64,000 nt of DNA from Methylobacter sp. (GTDB taxonomy: Bacteria; Pseudomonadota; Gammaproteobacteria; Methylococcales; Methylomonadaceae). Where the stretch lies: assembly GCA_036561025.1 (NCBI GenBank), contig DATBQB010000017.1, positions 93,544 through 157,543 of the forward strand. Direction: 5' to 3'. Positions 1-10,676 of this stretch are shown piece by piece (position 1 is the stretch's first letter; each line of letters starts with the position of its first letter). The translations under genes were made by a program, and so were the position numbers. The notes under the pieces were generated by a model. That model ran no database searches. It was not told the DNA's origin and was given only the letters and a program-made list of their open reading frames with translations.

Positions 1-2031
1 TCCCGGTGCGACCTGGATGATAGCGGCAAGCTCCGGAAATGCGCTTGCGCAAGCGGCGGTAAGCGCATCGTGATGCGGCCATTGGGAATTTTCGATGACA
101 GCCGTCAGCCACTGCCAGCTACCGCGTACCGGCTCTGTTTCCGGGTAAACCGGAAAATAACGCTGAGCCCGCCCTTCGTTATTAACCAAGGTGCCTTCGG
201 ATTCGGCGAAAGCCGCGGCTGGCAGCAACAACTCGGCATGCTCCGCGGTTTTATTTTTCAGGCTGTCTATGACGACCACATGCGCCGCAGCTTCAAAAAA
301 CAAATTCACATCTTGACCCGACGCCCGGCGGTAAAGATCGTTCTCAAGAATAATCACGCTATCGGCCGAACCGTTGCCGACTCGCTCGAAGGCTTGTTGC
401 AAACGTCTTCCACCCATTATTGCCAAGCCAAGGCTGTTACATTCAGGAACGGCAAACGTTAGTTGTTTGTCTTTTGACGCCAGCGCCTTGGCAACGTTGT
501 AGGCCGCCTGAATCACGGCAAGATTTGCACAACTGGTCCCCGATACAATCAACGGGCGTTTTGCGTGTTTCAGGCTGTCGGCGATAGTTGACGCCAAGGA
601 TTGTTCGGCATCGCTCAAAGCGCCAGGCGCGGGAGCCGAGTGATCAAGACCATGAGCGATTGCGAAGCCCAAACGGGCAATGTCTTCGGGGTTGCCTCGA
701 TAAGTATTAATAGCCGCATCGTCCAGCCGCGTCGCGCAAATGCTGGCAATGAACACCGGCGTTACGGCCTGTTTATCCAAATTTCTCACAGCGGCATCTT
801 GCCATGGCAATACATGCAGAGTGCCAGCCAGCTCGAACGATGCCTTACGCGCTGCCTGCCGCAGTGAAAGCGCCAGCCTTGGCGCGCTGTTGGTCACGTC
901 TTCGCCGAGAATCAATACCGCATCGGCTTGTTCGACTTCGCGTAGCGATGGAGAATGGATGCCGCCATCAAGCATCAGTTCGGCGATAGTATTAAGTAAG
1001 GTATGTTCCGTATCCTCCAAACCGAGGAAGAAGTTTTCCTCTCCAACCAGTGTACGCAAAGCGAAATTGGCTTCCAGAGAAGCGCGTGGAGAACCGATGC
1101 CTATCGCCGGCTTATCGGCTTGCAACAGGTTACGGAAATAGCTTTCCGCGGTATCGAGAGTGATATCAAGGTGTCCGTTAAGCAGCGGCTTTCGGATGCG
1201 TTCGGGACTGTTGACGAAACCGTATCCAAAGCGCCCTCTATCGCAAAGAAAATAGCCGTTGACCTGGCTGTTATAGCGATTGATGACGCGTCTGAGTTCT
1301 CCGTAGCGCTCTCCGGGAGCGGTGTTGCAACCCAAGCCGCAATGCACGCAAATCGACGGGGCGCTTTGTAAATCCCATTTGCGTACATAATGAGCACTGA
1401 AGGTTTTGTCGGTGAAAACTCCGGTCGGACAAACTTCGACCAGATTTCCGCTGAATTCGCTTTCCAGCGCGCCATCCTCAAAACGGCCGAAATAGACGTT
1501 GTTATGCATGCCCAAAACTTGAAGATCTTTGCCTCCAGCATACTCGTCATAGAAGCGCACGCACCGGTAACAGGCGATGCAGCGGTTCATTTCATGGTTG
1601 ATAAACGGGCCGAGATCCTGGTTATTATGGGTTCGTTTCAGGCCGCGGTAGCGGCGAAAAGTATGGCCGGTCATGACCGTCATGTCCTGCAAATGGCATT
1701 CGCCGCCTTCTTCGCACACCGGACAGTCGTGGGGATGGTTAGTCATCAGCAGCTCGATATTATCGCTGCGGAATTTCCGCGCCTGTTCTGCGTCCAATGA
1801 AATACGCATCGCATCGGCCACCGGCGTCATGCAGGCCATAACCAGCTTCCCCCGCTTGTCCTCCGCATCCTTGTACTGGATGATTGCGCATTGCCGACAA
1901 GCGCCAGCCGAGCCCATTGCCGGATGCCAGCAAAAATAGGGCAGATCCAGACCCAGCGATAAGCAGGCGGACAGCAGATTGCTGCCGCCCTGAACGTCAT
2001 AAGATTGTCCGTCGATTTCAATGCGGGGCAT
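1..2031 (-). CDS. nuoG: NADH-quinone oxidoreductase subunit G, 3' part runs off the window (absent from the ORF track because no stop lies in the window)
   Basis: Manual translation from ATG at 2031: MPRIEIDGQSYDVQGGSNLLSACL..., followed by Fe-S cysteine motifs (FCWHPAMGSAGACRQC; HDCPVCEEGGECHLQD). Start overlaps the nuoF stop (TGATG). Confidence 0.95.
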   Translation of the reverse strand, partial: MPRIEIDGQSYDVQGGSNLLSACLSLGLDLPYFCWHPAMGSAGACRQCAIIQYKDAEDKRGKLVMACMTPVADAMRISLDAEQARKFRSDNIELLMTNHPHDCPVCEEGGECHLQDMTVMTGHTFRRYRGLKRTHNNQDLGPFINHEMNRCIACYRCVRFYDEYAGGKDLQVLGMHNNVYFGRFEDGALESEFSGNLVEVCPTGVFTDKTFSAHYVRKWDLQSAPSICVHCGLGCNTAPGERYGELRRVINRYNSQVNGYFLCDRGRFGYGFVNSPERIRKPLLNGHLDITLDTAESYFRNLLQADKPAIGIGSPRASLEANFALRTLVGEENFFLGLEDTEHTLLNTIAELMLDGGIHSPSLREVEQADAVLILGEDVTNSAPRLALSLRQAARKASFELAGTLHVLPWQDAAVRNLDKQAVTPVFIASICATRLDDAAINTYRGNPEDIARLGFAIAHGLDHSAPAPGALSDAEQSLASTIADSLKHAKRPLIVSGTSCANLAVIQAAYNVAKALASKDKQLTFAVPECNSLGLAIMGGRRLQQAFERVGNGSADSVIILENDLYRRASGQDVNLFFEAAAHVVVIDSLKNKTAEHAELLLPAAAFAESEGTLVNNEGRAQRYFPVYPETEPVRGSWQWLTAVIENSQWPHHDALTAACASAFPELAAIIQVAPG

Positions 2032-3302
2032 CACACAGGCTCCATCGAGACGATATAGCGTTCAAAATCTTCGCGAAAATATTTAAGCGCGCTTTGCAAC
2101 GGTTCCACGGCTCCGGGAGCCAACGCGCAAAAGGTATTTCCGGGCCCCAGCATGCGGGTTAATCCTGCCAAGGTATCAAGGTCTTCGATGCGGCCTTTCC
2201 CGGCAATGATGTCTTTCAGTAAGGTTACCGTCCAGGGCAAACCGTCCCGGCACGGCGTACACCATCCGCAAGATTCCTGGGCAAAGAACTGTTCCAGATT
2301 CAGTACCATTTGCACCGGGCAAGTTTGGTCGTCAAGAACGATGATGGTTCCGGTACCCATTCGACTACCGGCTTTGGCTACAGCCTCAAAATCCATGACC
2401 ACATCCAGATGCTCGGGCAGCAAAAAATCGGTCGATGCACCGCCGGGCAAGAAGCCGCGCAGCTTGTAACCGTCGCGCATGCCGCCGGCATGTTGTTCGA
2501 TAATTTCGCGAATGGAGGTGCCCATCGGCAATTCCCATAAACCGGGATGTTTAACGCGGCCGCTGGCCCCGAATAGCTTGGTTCCCTTATCCGCGCCTCG
2601 CGCCAAGCCCTGATACCATTCGACGCCATAATGCAAAATGTGCGGCACGTTGCATAAGGTTTCGACGTTATTGACCACGGTCGGCTTGCCCCAAAGCCCG
2701 CTGACCAGCGGAAAAGGGGGTTTGGCTCTGGGCGTGGCCCGCTTTCCTTCCAACGCATTAATCAGAGCCGTTTCTTCGCCGCAAATGTAACGCCCTGCGC
2801 TGGTATGCAGAACTATCTCCAGGCAGAATTCAGAACCCAAAACATGCTCCCCCAGATAGCCTTTAGACCGGGCTTCCAGCAACGCATCAGCAAGACGCTG
2901 CTTGGCAAGGTGGTATTCCCCTCTCAGGAAGATGTAAGCGGTATTGGCCTGAATCGCATAGGACGCGATGATCAAGCCTTCGATTAGCTGATGCGGGTCC
3001 TGCTCTATCAGCAGCCTGTCCTTGAACGTTCCCGGTTCCATTTCATCGGCATTGGCAATCATGTAGCGGGTTTGCGGGGTATCCATAGGCACCATGCTCC
3101 ATTTGAGTCCTGTGCCGAATCCCGCTCCGCCGCGGCCGCGCAATCCGGCATCCTTTACCCATTGCTGCACGTCTTTCGGCTGCAACTCTGCGATTACCTT
3201 GCGCAACCCTTGATAACCGCCGGTGCTCTCGTAATCTGCCAGCGTCGCAAAGGCGCGGTCCGGTCGAATATTTTTAGTCAGCGGCTTATCCAAAGTTTCC
3301 AT
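2031..3302 (-). CDS. nuoF: NADH-quinone oxidoreductase subunit F
   Basis: GLRGRGGAGF, NADEMEPGTFKDR, YICGEETAL, ESCGWCTPCR and FCAL motifs; operon position. Confidence 0.97.
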   Translation of the reverse strand: METLDKPLTKNIRPDRAFATLADYESTGGYQGLRKVIAELQPKDVQQWVKDAGLRGRGGAGFGTGLKWSMVPMDTPQTRYMIANADEMEPGTFKDRLLIEQDPHQLIEGLIIASYAIQANTAYIFLRGEYHLAKQRLADALLEARSKGYLGEHVLGSEFCLEIVLHTSAGRYICGEETALINALEGKRATPRAKPPFPLVSGLWGKPTVVNNVETLCNVPHILHYGVEWYQGLARGADKGTKLFGASGRVKHPGLWELPMGTSIREIIEQHAGGMRDGYKLRGFLPGGASTDFLLPEHLDVVMDFEAVAKAGSRMGTGTIIVLDDQTCPVQMVLNLEQFFAQESCGWCTPCRDGLPWTVTLLKDIIAGKGRIEDLDTLAGLTRMLGPGNTFCALAPGAVEPLQSALKYFREDFERYIVSMEPV

Positions 3303-3308
3303 AGCGCG

Positions 3309-3788
3309 TTACCTTCCGAAAATCTCGTTAACTGCATTTTCGCCAAGGTCGAATCTCAACTGGTCGCCAACCATCGCGACCGGCGCATGATCGCAAGCGC
3401 CCAGGCACACAATCGGCAAAATAGTGTATTCGCCATCCGCAGACATTTCGCCCAACTCGACGTTCAAATGCCGACACAAACGCTCCTGCACCTGGTCGCT
3501 ACCCAGCATCCAGCAAGTAACGCTGTTGCAATAATGAATGACTGTTTTACCGACGGGCTGACGGTAAATCAGGTTGTAAAAAGTCGCCACCGCTTCCAGT
3601 TGCGCGGGCGATATTTCCAATAGCTCCGCCACGGCAACCAGACATTCGTCGGAAATCCAGCGGCGGTGTTTCTGAACGATTTTCAGCGCTTCGATAGAGA
3701 CCGCGGCTTTATCCGGATAATGACCTATCTCGGCGTTAATCTCCTCGATTTCAGCAGGACTTAAACCTTCAAAAATTGGCTCGTTCAT
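3309..3788 (-). CDS. nuoE: NADH-quinone oxidoreductase subunit E
   Basis: 2Fe-2S motifs CNSVTC and CLGACDHAP; operon position. Confidence 0.96.
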   Translation of the reverse strand: MNEPIFEGLSPAEIEEINAEIGHYPDKAAVSIEALKIVQKHRRWISDECLVAVAELLEISPAQLEAVATFYNLIYRQPVGKTVIHYCNSVTCWMLGSDQVQERLCRHLNVELGEMSADGEYTILPIVCLGACDHAPVAMVGDQLRFDLGENAVNEIFGR

Positions 3789-3789
3789 T

Positions 3790-5568
3790 TCAGCGGTCCA
3801 CGTCGGCCATCACAAAATCTATACTGGCTAATACCGCAACCAAGTCGGGAATCATCATTCCACGGCACATCATCGGAATCATTTGTAAATGCGGAAAAGA
3901 CGGTGTGCGGATACGGGTACGGTACGACATAGTGCCGCCATCGCTGGACAAATAGTAAGCGTTCAAACCTTTGGTGGCCTCGACGGTTACGCAGGATTCG
4001 CCGGCAGGAATCACCGGTCCCCAGCTTACATTCAGAAAATGCTGGATCAGGGTTTCTATATCATGCAGCGTTCTGTCTTTGGGCGGCGGCGTGGTCAACG
4101 GATGATGAGCTTTATACGGCCCTTCCGGCATGTTATCCAGGCATTGTCTGATGATGCGAAGACTCTGGCGCATCTCCTCGACCCGTACCGTGCAACGATC
4201 GTAACAATCGCCGTGACTCCCGGTAGGTATTTCAAATTCGTAATTTTCGTAGCCGGAATAAGGCCGTGCTTTGCGGTAATCCCATGCAAGGCCGGTGGCT
4301 CGCAGGTTTGGGCCGGTCGCGCTCCAATCGATGGCTTCCTCGGTGTTATACGCGCCAATCCCCTTTGTTCGGCGCTTGAGCGTACTGTTTTGCAACACCA
4401 GCTTGTCGTATTGATCCAGCCGGGCAGGCAAATAATCGATAAACTCGCGTATGCGTTTATCCCATCCTTTGGGCAAATCCATTACGACGCCGCCGATTCG
4501 AAAGTAACTGGCATGCATCCGCGCGCCGCTAATCGATTCCAGAATATCGAATACTTTTTCGCGATCGATAAACATATAAAAAATCGGCGACATTTGCCCC
4601 AAGTCCTGGGCATAAGTGCCGTAAAACAACAAGTGACTGGCGAGACGGTAGAGCTCGCAGATCATCACCCGGATGACTTGAGCGCGTTCCGGAACTTCGA
4701 TTCCGGCCAATTGCTCCACGGCAAGCACATAAGGCAGATTGTTCATCGAGCCGCCCAAATAATCGATCCGGTCCGTATAAGGGATATAGGTGTGCCAGGA
4801 CTGCCGTTCGCCCATCTTTTCCGCGCCGCGATGGTGATAACCGATGTCCGGCAGCGCATCGACAATCTCTTCTCCATCCAGTTGTAACGCAATGCGAAAC
4901 ACACCATGAACACTGGGGTGATTGGGGCCCATATTCAGGAACATGAAATCGCTGTCTTCGCTGTGCCGCCGCATGCCCCAATCCTCCGGCACGAAGCGCA
5001 AGGCGTCTTGTTCGATGTCCTGTTGCTCGTCGGAAAGACTAAAAGGTTCCATTTCGGTCGCTCGGGCATAATGATCTTTACGTAGCGGATAGCCCTGCCA
5101 AGTCGGCGGCATGATGATGCGCCGAAGATGCGGGTGACCTTCAAAAACGATGCCGAACATATCCCATACTTCGCGCTCGTACCAGTTGGCAGAGGGCCAA
5201 ATATTGCTGATCGTCGGAAGCGACAAGTCGGCTTCGGTCAATGCAACTTTGAGACGGATATCCTCGTTGCGTTCAAACGAGAGCAAATGATAGACAACGG
5301 TAAACTCACTGTCGGGAAGACCTTGCCGCTGAGCGCGCTGACGCTCGTCGATGGCCGTCAGGTCGAACAATAAACCATAGGGCGGAACGGCCTGCAATTT
5401 CAGATAGAAGAGAATAACGCGCAGGTTCTGCCGGGAAACCCAAAGCGTAGTTATGCCGTCGCGAGTCGACTGGATCGCAAAGCCGTTTGCGCCAATTTGC
5501 TCGGTCAGTTCGCGCACTATCCGAGGAGCGTCAGCAGGAATATCGATGTTGTCAGCGTTACTGTCCAA
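3790..5568 (-). CDS. nuoC: NADH-quinone oxidoreductase fused subunit C/D
   Basis: NuoC part ([21 protein letters not shown]) fused to NuoD part ([27 protein letters not shown]). Start moved to TTG at 5568, which follows an AAGGGG RBS. Confidence 0.95.
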   Translation of the reverse strand: MDSNADNIDIPADAPRIVRELTEQIGANGFAIQSTRDGITTLWVSRQNLRVILFYLKLQAVPPYGLLFDLTAIDERQRAQRQGLPDSEFTVVYHLLSFERNEDIRLKVALTEADLSLPTISNIWPSANWYEREVWDMFGIVFEGHPHLRRIIMPPTWQGYPLRKDHYARATEMEPFSLSDEQQDIEQDALRFVPEDWGMRRHSEDSDFMFLNMGPNHPSVHGVFRIALQLDGEEIVDALPDIGYHHRGAEKMGERQSWHTYIPYTDRIDYLGGSMNNLPYVLAVEQLAGIEVPERAQVIRVMICELYRLASHLLFYGTYAQDLGQMSPIFYMFIDREKVFDILESISGARMHASYFRIGGVVMDLPKGWDKRIREFIDYLPARLDQYDKLVLQNSTLKRRTKGIGAYNTEEAIDWSATGPNLRATGLAWDYRKARPYSGYENYEFEIPTGSHGDCYDRCTVRVEEMRQSLRIIRQCLDNMPEGPYKAHHPLTTPPPKDRTLHDIETLIQHFLNVSWGPVIPAGESCVTVEATKGLNAYYLSSDGGTMSYRTRIRTPSFPHLQMIPMMCRGMMIPDLVAVLASIDFVMADVDR

Positions 5569-5615
5569 TGAATTCCCCTTTGCACTTATTAACAGGTAAA
5601 TCAATTATCAAATAC

Positions 5616-5670
5616 TCACCACGAAGACACGAAGGACACGAAATTTTATTTCTTCGTGTCTTCGTGGTGA
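5616..5670. repeat. Perfect 19-bp inverted repeat between nuoB and nuoCD (CACGAA-ladder element, short copy)
   Basis: TCACCACGAAGACACGAAG (5616-5634) and CTTCGTGTCTTCGTGGTGA (5652-5670) are exact reverse complements. Confidence 0.9.
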
Positions 5671-5694
5671 ATAATAAATAAGTTACCGCTAGAG

Positions 5695-6333
5695 CTATAT
5701 CTCGTCTGGGCTTCTCAACTGCCGGGTATGCATTCTTTCTTCCGTCAGTAAATCGCGGTAACTGAGCTTGGGCGGCTTGATTACAGTTTGATCGCCAACA
5801 GTCCAGCTTAGCGGCCGCCTTTCTTTGCCTATCGCATCCTGCAACAGCATCAATCCTTGCTGCAAGGCCTCAGGCCTAGGCGGACAGCCCGGCACGTAAA
5901 CATCCACCGGTAAGAATTTGTCTACTCCTTGCACAACGCTGTAAATATCATACATACCGCCGGAGTTGGCGCAGGAACCCATGGATATGACCCAGCGCGG
6001 CTCCAACAGTTGATCGTAGAGCCGCTTGACTACCGGCGCCATTTTTCTAAAAACAGTACCGGAAATGACGATCAGATCCGCCTGACGCGGCGATCCCCTA
6101 ATCACTTCAGAACCAAAACGGGCAATGTCATGGCGACTGGTCAATGCGGTCGCCATCTCCACATAGCAGCAAGATAAACCGAAGTTAAAAGGCCAGACGG
6201 AATTGGACTGCCCCCAAGCGACCATATCCTCAAGTTTGGCGAACAGGAAATTGCGCCGTAGCGCTTCATCGTAAGTCTGCTGACCGTGTTGTGGGGTGGA
6301 ACCGGTTTCCGCTTTGGTTAAAGTCCAATGCAT
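5695..6333 (-). CDS. nuoB: NADH-quinone oxidoreductase subunit B
   Basis: [31 protein letters not shown] and E. coli-like C-terminus LRSPDEI. Likely start MHWTLTK at 6333. Confidence 0.96.
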   Translation of the reverse strand: MHWTLTKAETGSTPQHGQQTYDEALRRNFLFAKLEDMVAWGQSNSVWPFNFGLSCCYVEMATALTSRHDIARFGSEVIRGSPRQADLIVISGTVFRKMAPVVKRLYDQLLEPRWVISMGSCANSGGMYDIYSVVQGVDKFLPVDVYVPGCPPRPEALQQGLMLLQDAIGKERRPLSWTVGDQTVIKPPKLSYRDLLTEERMHTRQLRSPDEI

Positions 6334-6343
6334 AGTTTTCCCC

Positions 6344-6772
6344 CTATGATCCGATGTTGCGCTGCCTGCGGGTACGCCAATCAAGAGCCCCAATAGCCCA
6401 CAAGTAAATCAATGCAGCGATCAATACGCTTATAAATATCAATGCTTCGATAAAACCGGACCAACCGGATTCTTGTAATGCCACCGACCAGGCAAACAGG
6501 AACACGCTTTCCATATCGAAAATAACAAAAAAGATGGCAAGCAAGTAAAACTGAACGGAAAAGCGAATATGTACATCACCCGCAGCAACAATCCCTGATT
6601 CAAACGGTTCGTCGGCAGCTTTGGCACGATGTCTCTGGCCCAACAGGTATGCGCCACCTAACATGATGCCGGTGACCGCAACTACGGCTCCGAAATAAAT
6701 GATCAGTTGGAGCAGATTGGCAGCAAGAATAACTTCGGAGTTCTGCATATCAGAGAGCCTCAATTTATCCAT
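6344..6772 (-). CDS. nuoA: NADH-quinone oxidoreductase subunit A
   Basis: Three hydrophobic segments; PFESG and [15 protein letters not shown] motifs. Start may be 6748. Confidence 0.95.
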   Translation of the reverse strand: MDKLRLSDMQNSEVILAANLLQLIIYFGAVVAVTGIMLGGAYLLGQRHRAKAADEPFESGIVAAGDVHIRFSVQFYLLAIFFVIFDMESVFLFAWSVALQESGWSGFIEALIFISVLIAALIYLWAIGALDWRTRRQRNIGS

Positions 6773-7160
6773 AAAAGATTAAAGATATGAACTCAACAAC
6801 GGAAGGTTTTTTAGTCTTACTTAGCCTTGTAAGTAACCTCTTTCAATCGAAAAATTTACCGACACACCGATGATGCTTTAAAGCTTAATTTTTAAAGGAT
6901 TATGAACCATTTTATTCATGAAGGGGAGAAAAAAATATTAGTACAAATGCCTATCTGATCAGGAAGCTGTTTCAGCCAATGACAAAAATTTTTTATGCGC
7001 AAGCTTTTTGGGAAGTAGCCGTATCATGCGCCCTCGCTATTTTCTATACGTAGTTTGCACAACTTGACGTTTTTACGACATTAAAAGCATCATGTTAAAA
7101 CGTTGGGCAGTTGTATGAAAGCGATGCAATAGTTGACTATTGTTTTGAGAGAGGTAAAGA

Positions 7161-7514
7161 ATGAAGGCACACACAATGCTAACAGCGCTCCTACTGGTGG
7201 TTTGCGGTTTGTATAGTGGGGCCAATTGGGCTCATGGTCATCTCGGCTTTTATTTTGGCGCACCGATTTATCCTTATTATCCGTATTCGTCCCCTTATTA
7301 TTATCCTTACCAATCCCCCTATTATTATCCACCGACGATAATCACTATTCCCGTTACACCGCCTACTTATATACAGCGGTCGCCGCAGCCTAGCCAACAA
7401 TATCCGTCCGGTTACTGGTATTACTGCAATAATCCCAAAGGTTATTACCCTTATGTCAAGCAATGCTCAGAAAGCTGGCAAGAAGTTGAGCCGGTACCGT
7501 CCACACCGCGTTAA
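7161..7514 (+). CDS. Exported Tyr/Pro-rich hypothetical protein
   Basis: Signal-peptide-like N-terminus, PYYPYSSPYYYP low-complexity run, C-terminal YWYYC...GYYPYVKQC; RBS GAGAGG upstream. Confidence 0.7.
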   Translation: MKAHTMLTALLLVVCGLYSGANWAHGHLGFYFGAPIYPYYPYSSPYYYPYQSPYYYPPTIITIPVTPPTYIQRSPQPSQQYPSGYWYYCNNPKGYYPYVKQCSESWQEVEPVPSTPR

Positions 7515-7525
7515 GGAGTCTTAAT

Positions 7526-8056
7526 ATGCCGCGTTTAATTCTAATGTTTTCGGCCATGGCGATACTGACGGTCACCGGCTGCGTCAGTTTGCCCAGCGGG
7601 CCCAGTGTTATGGTGCTGCCGGGTACCGGTCTATCTTTCGAACAGTTTAGTAACGATAATGTTATCTGCCAGCAATATGCTTCGCTCCAGGTTGGCGGCA
7701 CCAGCGCTAATGAAGCAGCGGTAAAAAGCGGAGTCACTAGCGCCGCAGTCGGCACGGCGCTAGGTGCGGCAGCCGGCGCTGCAATCGGTGGAGGAGAGGG
7801 TGCGGCCATTGGAGCCGGTAGCGGCTTGGTGGGCGGCAGCCTGGTTGGTGCCGGCGCCGCCAATACCTCGATGTACGAAGCGCAGGAGCGCTACGATGCG
7901 GCTTTTATTCAATGCATGTATGCCAAAGGCCATCAGGTTCCTGTGTCCGGGCAGTTCTCATATCAATCGTCCCGCCGTGCTGCGCCGCCAGCCTCGCAAA
8001 TTCCGCCGCCTCCGCCCGGATCGCCGACGCCGCCTCCTCCACGCCAACAGCCATAA
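7526..8056 (+). CDS. Glycine-zipper lipoprotein with Pro-rich tail
   Basis: Lipobox-like LTVTGC, glycine zipper GTALGAAAGAAIGGG...GAGSGLVGG, CQQYA and QCMYAKG motifs; RBS AAGGAG. Confidence 0.8.
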   Translation: MPRLILMFSAMAILTVTGCVSLPSGPSVMVLPGTGLSFEQFSNDNVICQQYASLQVGGTSANEAAVKSGVTSAAVGTALGAAAGAAIGGGEGAAIGAGSGLVGGSLVGAGAANTSMYEAQERYDAAFIQCMYAKGHQVPVSGQFSYQSSRRAAPPASQIPPPPPGSPTPPPPRQQP

Positions 8057-8095
8057 CCAGCAAGCTTATTTAACTGATGTTGCATCACTAAAGCA

Positions 8096-8263
8096 TAGTC
8101 CACGAAAAGCACAAAAGGCACGAAAAAAAACCGTGTACAGAAAGCATGTAACTGCAATTAAGAAGATAACAAATTCGGAGGTATTGTAGGGGCGACTTTT
8201 CTCCGTAAATAAAACATACGACTCTACTGTTTTTCGTGCCTTTCGTGGACTAATTTTTAGGTT
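8096..8263. repeat. Palindromic MITE-like element (CACGAA-ladder family), long copy
   Basis: Left arm TAGTCCACGAAAAGCACAAAAGGCACGAAAAA, right arm TTTTTCGTGCCTTTCGTGGACTAATTTTTAGGTT; arms homologous to 36288-36456. Confidence 0.8.
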
Positions 8264-8362
8264 GAACGCTGTTTAGATAATAATTCGTTGTTCAGTAACA
8301 TAGTCGGTAGCCCGAAATCATCAAACGTGCGAGGATAATCAAAGCCCAACATTTCATCAGGA

Positions 8363-9214
8363 ATGCTTATGAACCCAAACCACTTTTTAACGTCCGCTTA
8401 CGGCGTACGGATACCCCGGATTATTTACGGTACGGCCTGGAAGAAAGACCGCACGGCGGCATTGGTAGAACAGGCTATCGAACTGGGTTTTCGCGGCATC
8501 GATACCGCCTGCCAGCCCAAGCATTACAACGAAGCGGGTGTCGGCGACGGCATGGCCGCCTGCCTGCAGCGAGGGATAGATCGTAGCGAGCTTTATCTGC
8601 AAAGCAAATTCACGTCGCCCAGCGGCCAAGATCCGATGCAAATGCCTTATGACCCCAACGCCGAACTCGGCGAGCAAGTAGCGCAATCATTCCAGGCCTC
8701 ACTGAGAAATCTGCAAACCACTTATTTGGATTGCCTGGTGCTGCATTCGCCACTGGCAAACCTACACCACACTCTGGAAGTATGGCAGGCGATGGAGCAA
8801 ATCTTTCACAGCGGCGGCGTCAAACAACTGGGAATCAGCAATTGCTACGATCCCCAACAGTTTGAGCTATTGTATCAAAATGCGACTGTTAAACCGGCTG
8901 TTATCCAGAACCGTTTTTATGCGGAGACCCAGTACGACCGCGTCATCCGCGCTTTTTGCCGGGAGCATCGGATAATTTACCAAAGCTTCTGGACGCTGAC
9001 CGCGAATCCCAATGTTTTGGCTCATGCCACGCTGCAAACGTTGGCGGCGAAATACCGGTGTAGCGCTGCCCAGATATTTTTCCGCTACTTGAGCCAAATC
9101 GACATTATTCCGTTAACCGGCACCACATCGGAAAGCCACATGCGGGAAGACCTTGCGATTTTCGATTTTGAACTGGCTGCCGACGAACGAGATGCTGTAG
9201 AAGTGTTACTTTAA
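8363..9214 (+). CDS. Aldo/keto reductase family protein
   Basis: GFRGIDTA..Y, ELYLQSKF, YLDCLVLHSP, LGISN and PAVIQN motifs. Confidence 0.9.
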   Translation: MLMNPNHFLTSAYGVRIPRIIYGTAWKKDRTAALVEQAIELGFRGIDTACQPKHYNEAGVGDGMAACLQRGIDRSELYLQSKFTSPSGQDPMQMPYDPNAELGEQVAQSFQASLRNLQTTYLDCLVLHSPLANLHHTLEVWQAMEQIFHSGGVKQLGISNCYDPQQFELLYQNATVKPAVIQNRFYAETQYDRVIRAFCREHRIIYQSFWTLTANPNVLAHATLQTLAAKYRCSAAQIFFRYLSQIDIIPLTGTTSESHMREDLAIFDFELAADERDAVEVLL

Positions 9215-9216
9215 CT

Positions 9217-9744
9217 ATGATGACGTTGACGCTATCGATATCCAAAGCTGAAAAACAGGATGCCGGACAAATTGCTGCGCTGGTTAACTCGGCTTATCGC
9301 GGCGAGTCCAGTCAACAAGGTTGGACCTCGGAAGCTGATTTACTGACCGGGCTTAGAACCGAGGTGGAAGAAATCCTACGATTGATTTCAAGTGACGATT
9401 CGATGTTTTTGCTGTGTAAGGCTAAAGTAGATCTGATTGGGTCGGTGCATTTGCAGAAACAGGCAGAGCAGGTTTGCCTTAGCATGCTGGCAGTAAATCC
9501 GCCGTTACAGGGAAGAGGCATAGGCAAGCAATTGCTGCTTGCAGCAGAGCTGGCCGCACAGCAAACCTGGTCCGTCAATAAATCGGTTATGACCGTCATC
9601 TCATGCAGGAGCGAACTGATCGCGTTTTACGAGCGGCGCGGTTATCGGCGCACAGGAGTAAGCAAAAAGTTTCCGGTGAATCCGGAGCTATGGATGCCTA
9701 AAGTTGCAGGTTTGCGATTGGAAATATTAGAAAAAGCGCTGTAG
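9217..9744 (+). CDS. GNAT family N-acetyltransferase
   Basis: AVNPPLQGRGIGKQLL acetyl-CoA motif and FYERRGY. Confidence 0.9.
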   Translation: MMTLTLSISKAEKQDAGQIAALVNSAYRGESSQQGWTSEADLLTGLRTEVEEILRLISSDDSMFLLCKAKVDLIGSVHLQKQAEQVCLSMLAVNPPLQGRGIGKQLLLAAELAAQQTWSVNKSVMTVISCRSELIAFYERRGYRRTGVSKKFPVNPELWMPKVAGLRLEILEKAL

Positions 9745-9850
9745 ATTTGGAACTTAGCGCATCACTATGTAGGCCGACGTAATCTCTATCAGGCTACTGC
9801 CGGTTTTATCGTTGCCTGATGCCCCGGTGTCCGATAATAGCCGCTTTCAT

Positions 9851-9896
9851 ATTCAGCCTTGTCGGGCATAAACAGCATTGCCCGACAAGGCTGAAT
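9851..9896. terminator. Perfect 18-bp hairpin between convergent genes (bidirectional terminator or REP-derived)
   Basis: ATTCAGCCTTGTCGGGCA-N10-TGCCCGACAAGGCTGAAT. Confidence 0.7.
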
Positions 9897-9904
9897 TTAT
9901 TTGT

Positions 9905-10165
9905 CTAATGTATCGGAGAAGTTGTCGACCATTCTCGCATTGCTTGATCTCCTGGACGATCTATTTTAACTTTATTGCCTTCGATTGATCGTACCCAGCT
10001 TACCGGAATGTAATGATGCTGGCCTCTCTTATCTTTTTTCAGTTTAATCACATTCGCCCCCTCCATATGATCGACAGTGGCAAACTGTCCGTCTTGGGAG
10101 CAGACAACGGGCATCTCAGGTTTAATCTGTTCGGTATTAATCATAGTTTTCTCCTGTTGGTTCAA
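9905..10165 (-). CDS. DUF2171-like small protein
   Basis: VVCSQDGQFATVDHMEG..IKLKKD..GQHHYIPVSWV pattern. Confidence 0.75.
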   Translation of the reverse strand: MNQQEKTMINTEQIKPEMPVVCSQDGQFATVDHMEGANVIKLKKDKRGQHHYIPVSWVRSIEGNKVKIDRPGDQAMREWSTTSPIH

Positions 10166-10418
10166 TTTGAGCCAGTTCTATTGAAAATTGTTGATCGGCA
10201 TTCAGACACGGTTTGAAAACACTACCATTTTCGGACTTTAACTGGATTACTCGATTTTTATTAACGAATGAGTTCCCTGCATACTCCATTAAATCCCCCA
10301 GTCTGTATTTTAAATTTACATAGATAATTAAAATCGGTCTGTGCGACTTCGTACATAGGGTTTGGAGACTTTATAAAACCCGTTTTTAAAAGTTGAGTAC
10401 GCGTAATATTGACCCGCA

Positions 10419-10676
10419 TTCATGTTTTTATCTGCGCCGGTTTCGGAAAGTAGCGTTTCAGCTTCCGGCACATGGTTGATCCCGATACGCACAGTAACTT
10501 GGCGGTCTCTTTCCGGCTTTATTTAATATCTCAATCTGGTATCTTTGTGCTTGGCTTAGCTGTTTTTAGTTTCTCATACGCTTTCTCATCTTTGGTCGAA
10601 TTAAAAAAACCTGAATCTAATCAGCTAACCTTTTTCTTTTCCGATCAATGTCGATTACACTTATGAGTTGAATCTA
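10419..10676 (-). pseudogene. Decayed IS30-family transposase 5' fragment with candidate left end
   Basis: Minus-strand translation from 10577: MRN*KQLSQAQRYQIEILNKAGK, then frameshift, then ETAKLLCVSGSTMCRKLKRY, matching the IS30 N-terminal HTH pattern. Candidate terminal repeat TAGATTCAACTCATAAGTGTAA at 10676-10655. Confidence 0.65.

Noticed and set aside
70-6177. Plus-strand ORFs over the nuo operon (e.g. 70-462, 740-1141, 2991-3623, 3889-4887)
   Set aside because: Antisense shadows of well-supported nuo genes with no recognisable motifs.
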